Positions 23,578-30,845 of a stretch of DNA of 36,325 bases are shown here, piece by piece. The notes beneath the pieces are model-generated. The model saw only the letters and a program-made list of their open reading frames with translations, was not told the DNA's origin and made no database searches. The first letter of the stretch is position 1; every line of letters starts with the position of its first letter. This stretch comes from a virus: IMG/VR virus record IMGVR_UViG_3300043960_000006, positions 1 through 36,325 of that record, one strand, 5' to 3'. The position numbers and the translations under genes were made by a program.

Positions 23578-23793
23578 GTGAACGTGCTAATCGAGATTCC
23601 AAACAGTTTAAAAATCAGTTTGGCGGCTGCTCGCGTGAACGCCGGATATACGCAAGAAGAAGCCGCAAAGCTCATCGGCGTATCGAAATTTTCAATAAAT
23701 GCGTGGGAGCATGGAAAGTCATCGCCTAGCGTATATCAGGCAAATAGAATTTATGAGGTATACAATAGGCCGAAAGATTCCATTATTTTTTGA
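23578..23793 (+). CDS. Cro-like XRE-family HTH regulator
   Basis: GTG start after AAGAGAGG. 71 aa. HTH segment YTQEEAAKLIGVSKFSINAWEHGKSSP. Divergent from the repressor. Confidence 0.75.
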   Translation: MNVLIEIPNSLKISLAAARVNAGYTQEEAAKLIGVSKFSINAWEHGKSSPSVYQANRIYEVYNRPKDSIIF

Positions 23794-23802
23794 TCTAAAA
23801 TC

Positions 23803-23815
23803 TTACTTAAAGTAA
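23803..23815. promoter_or_regulatory. Third operator-like site: palindrome TTACTT-A-AAGTAA
   Basis: Same half-site as the arms at 23500-35, here abutting, 10 nt after the cro stop. Confidence 0.5.
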
Positions 23816-23816
23816 A

Positions 23817-23923
23817 CTTTGCCGGCTTACACGGCGTACGGGATGGCCTCCTGATTCTTATGATCAACCCTCAGCCGATACGTCCATACACTTCCATCCC
23901 GCGCGCTATGTAAGCCGGCAAAG
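23817..23923 (+). ncRNA. Long, nearly continuous hairpin (about 107 nt) between cro and the early genes; function unknown
   Basis: Perfect 15-bp outer stem ctttgccggcttaca (23817-31) / tgtaagccggcaaag (23909-23). Further pairing gcggc-like (23833-37 with 23903-07, including wobbles) and an 8-bp inner stem cgggatgg (23839-46) / ccatcccg (23894-901). 47-nt apical loop. Confidence 0.45.
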
Positions 23924-23940
23924 GGAAAGAGAGGAGCACC

Positions 23941-24195
23941 ATGACACAGTATCTAAGAAAAACGCAACTGGCTGATCAGTATTCGATCAGCATTAGAACC
24001 GTAGATAAGGCGGTCCGACAGATCCGAGATCTGATCGGGATCCGATACCCGGCGAATGCGGTGACGCGCTACGGGGCAATCACCCGGATCCGCGCCGACG
24101 TATTTAACGATCTGATGACGTACGGCGATCGGATCGAGAACGAAACCGCGCCGGAGTTTAAGGGAGGGAACCGATATGAAAATCAAATGGTATGA
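23941..24195 (+). CDS. Small HTH DNA-binding protein (possible excisionase or early regulator)
   Basis: 84 aa, GAGAGGAG RBS. LRKTQLADQYSISIRTVDKAVRQI looks like an excisionase/MerR-type HTH. Function not established. Confidence 0.45.
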   Translation: MTQYLRKTQLADQYSISIRTVDKAVRQIRDLIGIRYPANAVTRYGAITRIRADVFNDLMTYGDRIENETAPEFKGGNRYENQMV

Positions 24196-24412
24196 CGCGA
24201 ACATATGCGTACCAAAAAAGACAGGCACATACATCGTCGCGTATGGAGAATCACTTCTGACCGTGAACACCCTTGGTTGGTCTGCGCGGCATTCGGGATG
24301 GAATCTTTCGGACGATATTATGAGCCGTAGAAACGAAATATGCGGAATAAAAGCATGGGCCGAGCTTCCGTCTATTGATGAAATCAGGAAGGAGCTGAGC
24401 CGTGAAGAATAA
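24176..24412 (+). CDS. DUF551-like small protein (paralog 1)
   Basis: GGGAGGG RBS. Pattern W.D....P..G..V....GW....GW....I.AWAELP, shared with 29531-29782 and the C-terminus of 30456-30845. Confidence 0.5.
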   Translation: MKIKWYDANICVPKKTGTYIVAYGESLLTVNTLGWSARHSGWNLSDDIMSRRNEICGIKAWAELPSIDEIRKELSREE

Positions 24413-24587
24413 AATTTTAATTTCGATCACAGCGGCGGCCGGCGTTGGCATCCTCATTTTTGGATGCCTGCTCGACTCAACCGGCCTGATCGGCCGCGTC
24501 GCTCTGATCGGCCTGACGGCCTGCATCGCATGGATCGGATTATTAGCGGCGGCAAATGACGGAGGGTGCGATGGCGTGGGGGATTGA
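24402..24587 (+). CDS. Small membrane protein
   Basis: GTG start 6 nt after AGGAAGGAG. 61 aa with two hydrophobic segments. Confidence 0.45.
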   Translation: MKNKILISITAAAGVGILIFGCLLDSTGLIGRVALIGLTACIAWIGLLAAANDGGCDGVGD

Positions 24588-24783
24588 GTTAGATCCGGAT
24601 ACGGATTTTTCGAACTATGAGGAGTACCAGAGCAAATGGCTCGACAGCCTTCCTAGGTGCTGTAATTGTGGGGATCCGATTCAGGACGAAGATATGTACA
24701 TCATCGACGGGGAAAAATATTGCCCGCGGTGCATTGAGCGGATGCGGGTAAGCGTAGATAGCTACATGGAGGGAAGAGCATGA
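24571..24783 (+). CDS. Small zinc-ribbon protein
   Basis: ATG at 24571 follows GGAGGG. CCNCGD...CPRC four-Cys motif. Confidence 0.5.
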   Translation: MAWGIELDPDTDFSNYEEYQSKWLDSLPRCCNCGDPIQDEDMYIIDGEKYCPRCIERMRVSVDSYMEGRA

Positions 24784-25358
24784 TCAAGGAATTGCAGAAG
24801 ATTCAGAGCGAGTTAAAAGCCCCGAAGGGGCAGTACAACTCGTTCGGAAAATATAAGTACCGCAGTTGCGAGGATATCCTCGAAGCTGTGAAGCCGATTC
24901 TTGCAAAATATGGATGCTGTCTCACCTTGTCCGACAGCATCGAGCAGATCGGGGAGCGGATCTATCTAAAAGCCACCGCGACGATCAAAAACGGGAGCGG
25001 AGAGACGGAGAGCGTTACCGCATTCGCGAGAGAGCCGGAAGACAAGAAAGGCATGGATCCGTCACAGATCACCGGAACCGCTTCGAGTTACGCTCGGAAG
25101 TACGCGCTGAACGGCTTGTTCTGCATCGACGATACGAAGGACGCAGACACGGACGAATACGCAGCGCAGAAGAAGACGGAAGAAGCGCGCAGCTCTCTGA
25201 TTGATGAGATTAAGATCAAAACGGTCCGCGAGGTGATGAAGCAGAAAGGCTACACCACCAAAGAGAAAGAAAAAGAGTTTTTCAACAAGCCGGTTGAAAA
25301 GTGGACGATCCAGAATTTCAAAACGTTCATGGATTGGGCCGAAGGGAAGAAAGGATAA
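24780..25358 (+). CDS. erf: ERF-family single-strand annealing recombinase
   Basis: KYKYRSCEDILEAVKPILAKYG and GTASSYARKYALNGLFCIDD match conserved ERF-superfamily motifs as I recall them. Confidence 0.75.
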   Translation: MIKELQKIQSELKAPKGQYNSFGKYKYRSCEDILEAVKPILAKYGCCLTLSDSIEQIGERIYLKATATIKNGSGETESVTAFAREPEDKKGMDPSQITGTASSYARKYALNGLFCIDDTKDADTDEYAAQKKTEEARSSLIDEIKIKTVREVMKQKGYTTKEKEKEFFNKPVEKWTIQNFKTFMDWAEGKKG

Positions 25359-25361
25359 AAG

Positions 25362-26138
25362 ATGGCAGACAGTTTCGTTTTTTACAGAAGTTTTTATGAA
25401 GCGATCAAGGATGAGTCCGATGATGTTATAGCATCGTGCGTTAAAGCGTTATGCACATATGCGCTCGACGAAGAAGAACCGGAACTGGATGCATCAACAA
25501 GAATCTTTTTCAGACTTGTAAAAGCGCAGATCGACGCGAACAACAGAAAACGCGAAAGCGGGAGAAAAGGAGGAGCGAAAAACAAGCACGACGAAGCAAG
25601 CGAAAGCAAACATGAAGCAAACGCAAGCAACGACGAAGCAAACGCAAGCAACGACGAAGCAAGCGAAAGCAAACATGAAGCTAATGTAAATGCTAATGCT
25701 AATGTAAATGCTAATGTAAATGCCAATGAGAATGGAAAAGAGAGCAAAGAGAAAAGCGCCGCTGTCGCGGCGGATCCGCTCCGCCCGTACAACACCGACT
25801 ATCAGGCGATCGTGGATGCATACAATCGCACCTGCGTTTCCTTCCCTTCGGTGAAATTCCTGAGTGACAGCAGGAAGAAGGCAATACACGCAAGGCTGAA
25901 CACATACAGCCTTGGAGATTTTCAGACGATGTTCGAGAAAGCGGAGAAGTCAGACTTCCTCAAGGGTGCGAATGATCGCAACTGGTCTGCGAACTTCGAC
26001 TGGATGATCAAAGACGCGAATTTTGCCAAGATCCTTGACGGGAATTACGACAACGGAACCGCCAGATCATCACCACGGGGACAGCCTGATGATAAGTTTT
26101 CCGGTATACGGGAGTGGCTTGAGGAGGCGAGCGAATGA
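25362..26138 (+). CDS. Replisome organiser / replication initiation-like protein with an internal low-complexity repeat
   Basis: N-terminal FVFYRSFYEAIKD...FFRLVKAQIDANNRKRESGRKGG (DUF6291-like). C-terminal RKKAIHARL...FLKGANDRNWSANFDWMIKDANFAKILDGNYDN. Sits between erf and the loader-like gene. Confidence 0.5.
   Translation: MADSFVFYRSFYEAIKDESDDVIASCVKALCTYALDEEEPELDASTRIFFRLVKAQIDANNRKRESGRKGGAKNKHDEASESKHEANASNDEANASNDEASESKHEANVNANANVNANVNANENGKESKEKSAAVAADPLRPYNTDYQAIVDAYNRTCVSFPSVKFLSDSRKKAIHARLNTYSLGDFQTMFEKAEKSDFLKGANDRNWSANFDWMIKDANFAKILDGNYDNGTARSSPRGQPDDKFSGIREWLEEASE
25590..25736 (+). repeat. Nested direct repeats inside the replication gene: 21-bp periodic units, then nine AATGNN hexamers
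   Basis: gacgaagca recurs at 25590, 25632 and 25653. The 29-nt unit gacgaagcaagcgaaagcaaacatgaagc occurs at 25590 and 25653. AATGTA/AATGCT hexamers run from about 25683 to 25736. Confidence 0.9.
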
Positions 26139-26737
26139 CGAAAGAAGAGTTTGGCAGGATTGCCGCATATATGCGCGGTGCGTACTCGGGGAAGAATTTT
26201 CTTCCGGACAAGGCGAGCGTGGCTGTGTGGTACGAGGAGATGAAAGATCTTGACGCGGAAACACTTTTCCTCGCAGTGAAGAAGTACACAGCCACGAGCA
26301 GATTCCCGCCGTCAATCGCTGAGCTTCGCGAAGCCGCGGCAGAGATCACGCATGGAGAAATTCCGGCGTGGGCGGACGGATGGGAAGAAGTGCGGCACGC
26401 TATGAGGTTTTACGGGTCGTATCGGCCAGAAGAAGCACTCCAGAGCATGACACCGATCACGCGGCGGGCGGTTGAGCGGCTCGGGTTTACTGAGCTGTGC
26501 GCGTCGGAAAATGAAGCGGTGGATCGCGCAAATTTCCGCATGATCTACGAGCAGATTGCGGAGAGATCAAAAAAAAGTGATCAGATCAGCGCGGCAATAC
26601 GAGAGCGGATCGAGGCGACACAGGGAGACAAGTACACGGCGATCGCTGAGACACCGACACCAAAGATCGAGGAGCGACACGAGGGAGTGCCGATGCCAGA
26701 ATCCGCTAGAAAGGCACTCGCGAGGCTTGGCTTATGA
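26135..26737 (+). CDS. G39P-like helicase loader / replication accessory protein
   Basis: N-terminal ...VAVWYEEMKDLDAETLFLAVKKYTATSRFPPSIAELREAA resembles the SPP1 G39P loader family signature (W...l.d......A......fpPsiaEl). Confidence 0.55.
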   Translation: MTKEEFGRIAAYMRGAYSGKNFLPDKASVAVWYEEMKDLDAETLFLAVKKYTATSRFPPSIAELREAAAEITHGEIPAWADGWEEVRHAMRFYGSYRPEEALQSMTPITRRAVERLGFTELCASENEAVDRANFRMIYEQIAERSKKSDQISAAIRERIEATQGDKYTAIAETPTPKIEERHEGVPMPESARKALARLGL

Positions 26738-27267
26738 TCACCGGTACAGCGAATGAAATTATCATGCGCTTGCTGCCGATCCGCGACAGCTCAAAGAGAT
26801 ACGATCTCAAAGAGCACCGCGAAAAGCGGAGCCTGACGCAAAACGCGTATTACTGGGTACTGCTCGGAAAGGTGGCCGACAAGCTGAGGCTGCCGAAACC
26901 GGAAGTACACAACCGGATGCTGCGTGATTTCGGGCAGATCCTGATCGTTGATGGGCAGGCGGCGCGGGTGGTTCTCCCCGACACGGATGCAGCTGAGCAA
27001 AGAGCGATCAGCATGGAGACCGTGCATCTAAAGCCGACATCGCAGGTGTGCCAGTTTGGCGATGGTAAGATGTATCGCACCTATGTGATCATGAGAGGGT
27101 CGCACGATTATAGCACGGAAGAAATGACACATTTGCTTGACGGCATGATCGAGGAGGCAAAGCAGCAAGGGATTGAAACCTTGCCACCAGATGAATTGGA
27201 GCGTATGCGGCAGATGGCACAGGAACGGGAGGACAGATGCACAAGAGGACAAAGGCGTGCTCAATAA
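26734..27267 (+). CDS. ninB: NinB/Orf-like recombination mediator
   Basis: KRSLTQNAYYWVLLGKVADKL parallels lambda NinB RSLDQNRKLWACLGDVSRQV. Also a similar C-terminal helix (EEMTHLLDGMIEEAKQQGIE). Confidence 0.6.
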   Translation: MITGTANEIIMRLLPIRDSSKRYDLKEHREKRSLTQNAYYWVLLGKVADKLRLPKPEVHNRMLRDFGQILIVDGQAARVVLPDTDAAEQRAISMETVHLKPTSQVCQFGDGKMYRTYVIMRGSHDYSTEEMTHLLDGMIEEAKQQGIETLPPDELERMRQMAQEREDRCTRGQRRAQ

Positions 27268-27530
27268 GCAAAACAACAAAACTCGAAGTGAAAGAGAGAG
27301 ACGGAGGACGGTGCATCTTCTGCGGACGCACGGGAATCCCAAACGCGCACGTGATCGCACGGAGTCACGGAGGGCTAGGCGTGAAAGAGAATATCGTCAC
27401 GCTTTGCCCGAACTGCCACCGTATGATGGACAACACCGATCAAAGAAGCAGGATTCAAGGAATGGCAATTGATTACCTGAAAAAGTTCTATCCGAATTGG
27501 AGCCGCGAGGCGGTGACATATAAAAAGTGA
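27237..27530 (+). CDS. HNH endonuclease (early region)
   Basis: CIFCG...AHVIARSHGG...NIVTLCPNCHRMMD: Cys pairs plus the H-N-H pattern. Confidence 0.75.
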   Translation: MHKRTKACSISKTTKLEVKERDGGRCIFCGRTGIPNAHVIARSHGGLGVKENIVTLCPNCHRMMDNTDQRSRIQGMAIDYLKKFYPNWSREAVTYKK

Positions 27531-27533
27531 GGG

Positions 27534-27845
27534 ATGCACATGACAGATGTGGAAATCATCACGGAAAAGATACCGGTAGGGCATCAAAACGCAGTGACCA
27601 GAGAGGCGCTGCACATCTCCACCGGGATGAGTGATCGGCGGATCCGGAAGGCAATCCATGAAGCGAGAAGAAAAACACCAATTCTGAATTTACAGGATGG
27701 AAGTGGATACTATGTTCCGGATATGGAAGACGAAACCGACAAGGTGGAGCTGAAAAAATTTGTGAAGCAGGAAGAATCAAGGCTAAAAGCGATTGGGTGG
27801 TCGCTCATGGCCGCGAGAAAAACGCTTGCCGAAATTGGAAATTGA
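27534..27845 (+). CDS. Small putative winged-helix DNA-binding protein
   Basis: 103-aa ORF. NAVTREALHISTGMSDRRIRKAIHEARR looks HTH-like. Weak call. Confidence 0.35.
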   Translation: MHMTDVEIITEKIPVGHQNAVTREALHISTGMSDRRIRKAIHEARRKTPILNLQDGSGYYVPDMEDETDKVELKKFVKQEESRLKAIGWSLMAARKTLAEIGN

Positions 27846-27984
27846 ATCGAGCCGCATTCATGCGGATTTGATAAAGCGGAAAAAAGCACAAAATATAACA
27901 ATGGATGACAACAGGAAATTTTTTCACAAATTTTTTTGGGCGGGTATCCGCTAACCGCCCGAAAGGAGTGATCAGAGGGAACGC

Positions 27985-28347
27985 ATGAAATTCACGATAG
28001 AGCTAAACCCAGTTACCAAGAAGAACCACCCGATCATCGCAAGAAGCGGAGGTTATCCGAAACTGCTTCCAAGCAAGCAGTTTACGCAGTATCAGAAGGA
28101 TTGCGGAATTTTTCTTCCGCGCCCTACAACGCCGATCAGCGCGCCGATTAACATCAAGGCGGTGTTTTACATGGGATCGCGGCGGCGGTGTGATCTTGTG
28201 AATCTCTTGCAGGCGCTTGATGATGTGCTCGTGCACTACGGAGTGATTGCGGATGATAATTACAAGATTATAGCGGGGCATGATGGCTCGCGAGTGTTGT
28301 ATGACAAGGAGCGACCTCGCACAGAAATTGAAATCACGAAAATGTGA
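27985..28347 (+). CDS. rusA: RusA-family Holliday junction resolvase
   Basis: 120 aa. ...KKNH...LPSKQF..YQK...IKAVFYMGSRRRCDLVNLLQALDDVLVHYGVIADDNYKII fits the RusA D..N....D.L...g...DD pattern. Confidence 0.7.
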   Translation: MKFTIELNPVTKKNHPIIARSGGYPKLLPSKQFTQYQKDCGIFLPRPTTPISAPINIKAVFYMGSRRRCDLVNLLQALDDVLVHYGVIADDNYKIIAGHDGSRVLYDKERPRTEIEITKM

Positions 28348-28358
28348 AGGAGAGAAGA

Positions 28359-28988
28359 ATGGAAAAAGAAGTAGTAGAAGCCGCAAAAGAGTTTGGGTTT
28401 TCAGAAATTATGCCGCCGAACGCAATACCGGAGGATCGGGACTGGCACGCAATTGTAACCGACCAGATGCAGGGAAACAGGAAGCCAGGTGGGAGCGTGC
28501 GCATTCACGTAGCTTTCTACGACCGTGGCGAGTGGTGGCTTGACGATGATAAAAGGATCGAGTGCCTTGCGTGGGATAAGGCCGTACGGATGGAATGCGC
28601 ACACGGAAAGCCGATCCGAAGCGTGTCGGGTGCAGCTGACCTGCTTGAGGCCATCGGACGTGATGCGGCGAAGGAATACCTTTCGGCATACAAGAGAGAG
28701 CAGAAGAGCGAGGAAACGCTTCAGCGCGTGATCACCGAACAGGACGCCGCCATCCGAAGGATGCAGGAGAACGGCGAAGAGATGGTGGAAATGATCACTT
28801 ACGGACATCACGGCGGCTGGACAGCGTGGTGCTCACAGCAGATAAGAGCCTGTGAAGAAGCGAGGAAAGATCTTTCGAGGAGAAAGATGCGGCTGCGCGA
28901 GGCTGAAATCATGCTTCCGGACTGGCTGCTGATGGGATTGGACAAGAAATCCGTATTAAGGAGTTTGCAGGCAAAAGCAAAGAAATGA
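28359..28988 (+). CDS. Hypothetical protein
   Basis: ATG at 28359, 6 nt after AAGGAG. 209 aa. No family recognised. Confidence 0.5.
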   Translation: MEKEVVEAAKEFGFSEIMPPNAIPEDRDWHAIVTDQMQGNRKPGGSVRIHVAFYDRGEWWLDDDKRIECLAWDKAVRMECAHGKPIRSVSGAADLLEAIGRDAAKEYLSAYKREQKSEETLQRVITEQDAAIRRMQENGEEMVEMITYGHHGGWTAWCSQQIRACEEARKDLSRRKMRLREAEIMLPDWLLMGLDKKSVLRSLQAKAKK

Positions 28989-29018
28989 AATCGCGGGAAG
29001 CGGAGAAAGGAGAAAGCA

Positions 29019-29363
29019 ATGATTGAATACATCGGAAAAACGGCGATGATCGAGCAGCTCGCCGAGGAGGCGGCTGAGCTGGCCAAGGCTGCTCTGAAGC
29101 TCGCGAGGATTTACCGGGCAGAAAATCCGACGCCGGTCACGAAGGACGAGGCCTACAAGAATCTCGTCGAGGAGTACACCGACGTCGAGACTTGCGCGAA
29201 AGAGCTCAGTCTCTCCGCGGATCCGGACATTGAGGCTATGAAAATAAAGCGATTTTACGACCGCGTGAATACAGTCCCGAAATCGGATCCATATGACAGC
29301 GAAGATGAGAGAGCCGAAAAGCGAAGAAAGGGAATCGTGGGAAGTGGAAGCGGAGATTTGTAA
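29019..29363 (+). CDS. Possible MazG-like nucleotide pyrophosphohydrolase
   Basis: LAEEAAELAKAALKLAR...NLVEEYTDVETCA resembles the EExxE...ExxD helices of MazG-like proteins. Not verified. Confidence 0.35.
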   Translation: MIEYIGKTAMIEQLAEEAAELAKAALKLARIYRAENPTPVTKDEAYKNLVEEYTDVETCAKELSLSADPDIEAMKIKRFYDRVNTVPKSDPYDSEDERAEKRRKGIVGSGSGDL

Positions 29364-29517
29364 AAGCGTGACAGGAATTATTGAGAAAATCAAAACAGAA
29401 ATCTGTGATCATTACTGTAAGTACCCGGCCATCTATGATACCCGGGAAGACAGCGACAAAGAGTACGACAAAATGATCGCAGAAGTGTGCGAGCACTGCC
29501 CGCTGAACAGGCTGTGA
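29293..29517 (+). CDS. Small Cys-rich protein (start uncertain)
   Basis: ORF overlaps the previous gene by 71 nt, so an internal start is likely. CDHYC...CEHC motif. Confidence 0.35.
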   Translation: MTAKMREPKSEERESWEVEAEICKSVTGIIEKIKTEICDHYCKYPAIYDTREDSDKEYDKMIAEVCEHCPLNRL

Positions 29518-29530
29518 AAGGAGAAAAGCA

Positions 29531-29782
29531 ATGGGCAAAGCAGCAAAAGAACGGCAGGTGATCGTTACGTGGTACGATCCGGCGGAGAAACTTCCGCCGG
29601 AGGGCGAAGATGTTGTTGTCACATTTTCCGGAAAGATAAACAAATACATCTCGTATGAGCATGCAATCGGAATCGGTGATTACCTTCCCGAAAAGGGGTG
29701 ACTGATAGATGGAATGGACTGGGAAGAATCTGACGCAATGACGATTGAGGAATGGTGCGATCTGGATGCTTATGAATTATGA
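29531..29782 (+). pseudogene. DUF551-like paralog 2, interrupted by an in-frame TGA at 29699-29701
   Basis: ATG at 29531 after GGAGAAAAG. 56 codons, TGA, then 26 more in-frame sense codons (LIDGMDWEESDAMTIEEWCDLDAYEL) to a TGA at 29780-82. The internal TGA aligns with the W of the GW motif in paralog 1. Confidence 0.55.
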
Positions 29783-29960
29783 CATACTAGATTGATTCCT
29801 TGGCGCAAGGCGCTTTTGGATACAGCGGCAAACCATGTTGATTTAAGCACAGTAGAAAGGGGGATACTCCCGAGTCCGGTTTTGATCAATTGAAAAATGG
29901 AAGAGTAACCCGCAGATCGAGTAGGCGGGCTGGCCGCTGGCCCGCAGGAAGGAGGACAGC

Positions 29961-30032
29961 GTGATAGTAAAGATTAAGAGATTGACGCCGATGGCAAAGA
30001 TCCCGACGCGCGGGAGCAAAGAGGCGGTGTGA
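29961..30032 (+). pseudogene. Truncated duplicate of the dUTPase 5' end (23 codons) with a strong RBS
   Basis: GGAAGGAGG, 6 nt, GTG. Encodes VIVKIKRLTPMAKIPTRGSKEAV*, compared with MIVKIKRLTPTAKIPTRGSKEAAGLD... in the intact dut at 31550. Confidence 0.8.
29962..30027 (+). repeat. 66-bp direct repeat, copy A (partner at 31551-31616, offset 1589 bp)
   Basis: 62 of 66 positions identical by my alignment, with a 35-nt perfect block at 29993-30027. Confidence 0.9.
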
Positions 30033-30115
30033 TCATAAGCAGATGACGCCGACAGAGGACATTGAAAAGGCTGACTGGTATCTGAAGAAGTATCTGGAAT
30101 TGAAAGGTGGGCAGA

Positions 30116-30463
30116 ATGGAAAACCTGATCGGAACAAGAATGAAACAGCTGCTTCATTCGCATTGCATGACACAACAGGATCTGGCAGATAAAGCAGGAA
30201 CTACGCCTGTGACAATTGGCCGGTATCTGAGCGGACAGCGAATTCCGGATGCACTGATGCTGAAAAAGATTGCAGATGCTCTTCATACATCAACAGATTA
30301 TTTTCTGGATGAAAACTATGCCGGCATGCTGGAAAGAACACACAGAAATTGGCTTGAAAGCGTGCTGAAGATGAATGACGAATTGGCTTGTACATCTAAA
30401 GGAAAAAGTCTGGATACGAATGACATTTTCATGCAGTCAATAGCGAGGAGACAGGATGAGTGA
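30116..30463 (+). CDS. XRE-family HTH protein (first gene of the cassette)
   Basis: ATG at 30116, 5 nt after GAAAGGTGG. HTH segment MTQQDLADKAGTTPVTIGRYLSGQRIP. Confidence 0.65.
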   Translation: MENLIGTRMKQLLHSHCMTQQDLADKAGTTPVTIGRYLSGQRIPDALMLKKIADALHTSTDYFLDENYAGMLERTHRNWLESVLKMNDELACTSKGKSLDTNDIFMQSIARRQDE

Positions 30464-30845
30464 TTTAATCAGCAGACAGGCGGCGATTGATGCGATATGT
30501 AAAGAAGGAACGAGACTTGAGCGGAATGGAACCGTTGCGATGTGTGAGATAAAGCAGTGGTGTATAGATTTGTTGGAACGGTTGCCATCCGCACAGCCAG
30601 AACAGCGGTGGATTCCATGTGAACATGAACTGCCGGAGGATTATACCGATGTTCTTGTATGGTTCGAGTATTTTCGATATGGCGATTATAACTGCTTATA
30701 TCAGACATACGGTATTGGCAGTTATAGCACAGAGTATGATTCATGGATGATAAATCACGAAACGGGATGGCATAAATTACGGGTTGTCGCGTGGACGCCA
30801 CTTCCAGAACCATATAAGGGAGGTGAACAGAATGAGGCTAATTGA
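30456..30845 (+). CDS. Two-module protein: ISRQAAIDA...LPSAQPE module plus DUF551-like C-terminus (paralog 3)
   Basis: 129 aa. The C-terminus WIPCEHELPEDYTDVLVWF...GWHKLRVVAWTPLPEPY fits the DUF551-like pattern. Confidence 0.55.
   Translation: MSDLISRQAAIDAICKEGTRLERNGTVAMCEIKQWCIDLLERLPSAQPEQRWIPCEHELPEDYTDVLVWFEYFRYGDYNCLYQTYGIGSYSTEYDSWMINHETGWHKLRVVAWTPLPEPYKGGEQNEAN

Noticed and set aside
17466-23940. Search of the intergenic gaps for tRNA, tmRNA or rRNA genes
   Set aside because: No cloverleaf-compatible segment of 70-90 nt with a GTTCxAxxC T-loop-type motif was seen. The structured elements found are simple hairpins.
27237-27530. Early-region HNH gene considered as a mobile homing-endonuclease insertion
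   Set aside because: It overlaps the preceding gene by 31 nt and shows no flanking repeats or split host gene. Mobility cannot be argued from this sequence alone.
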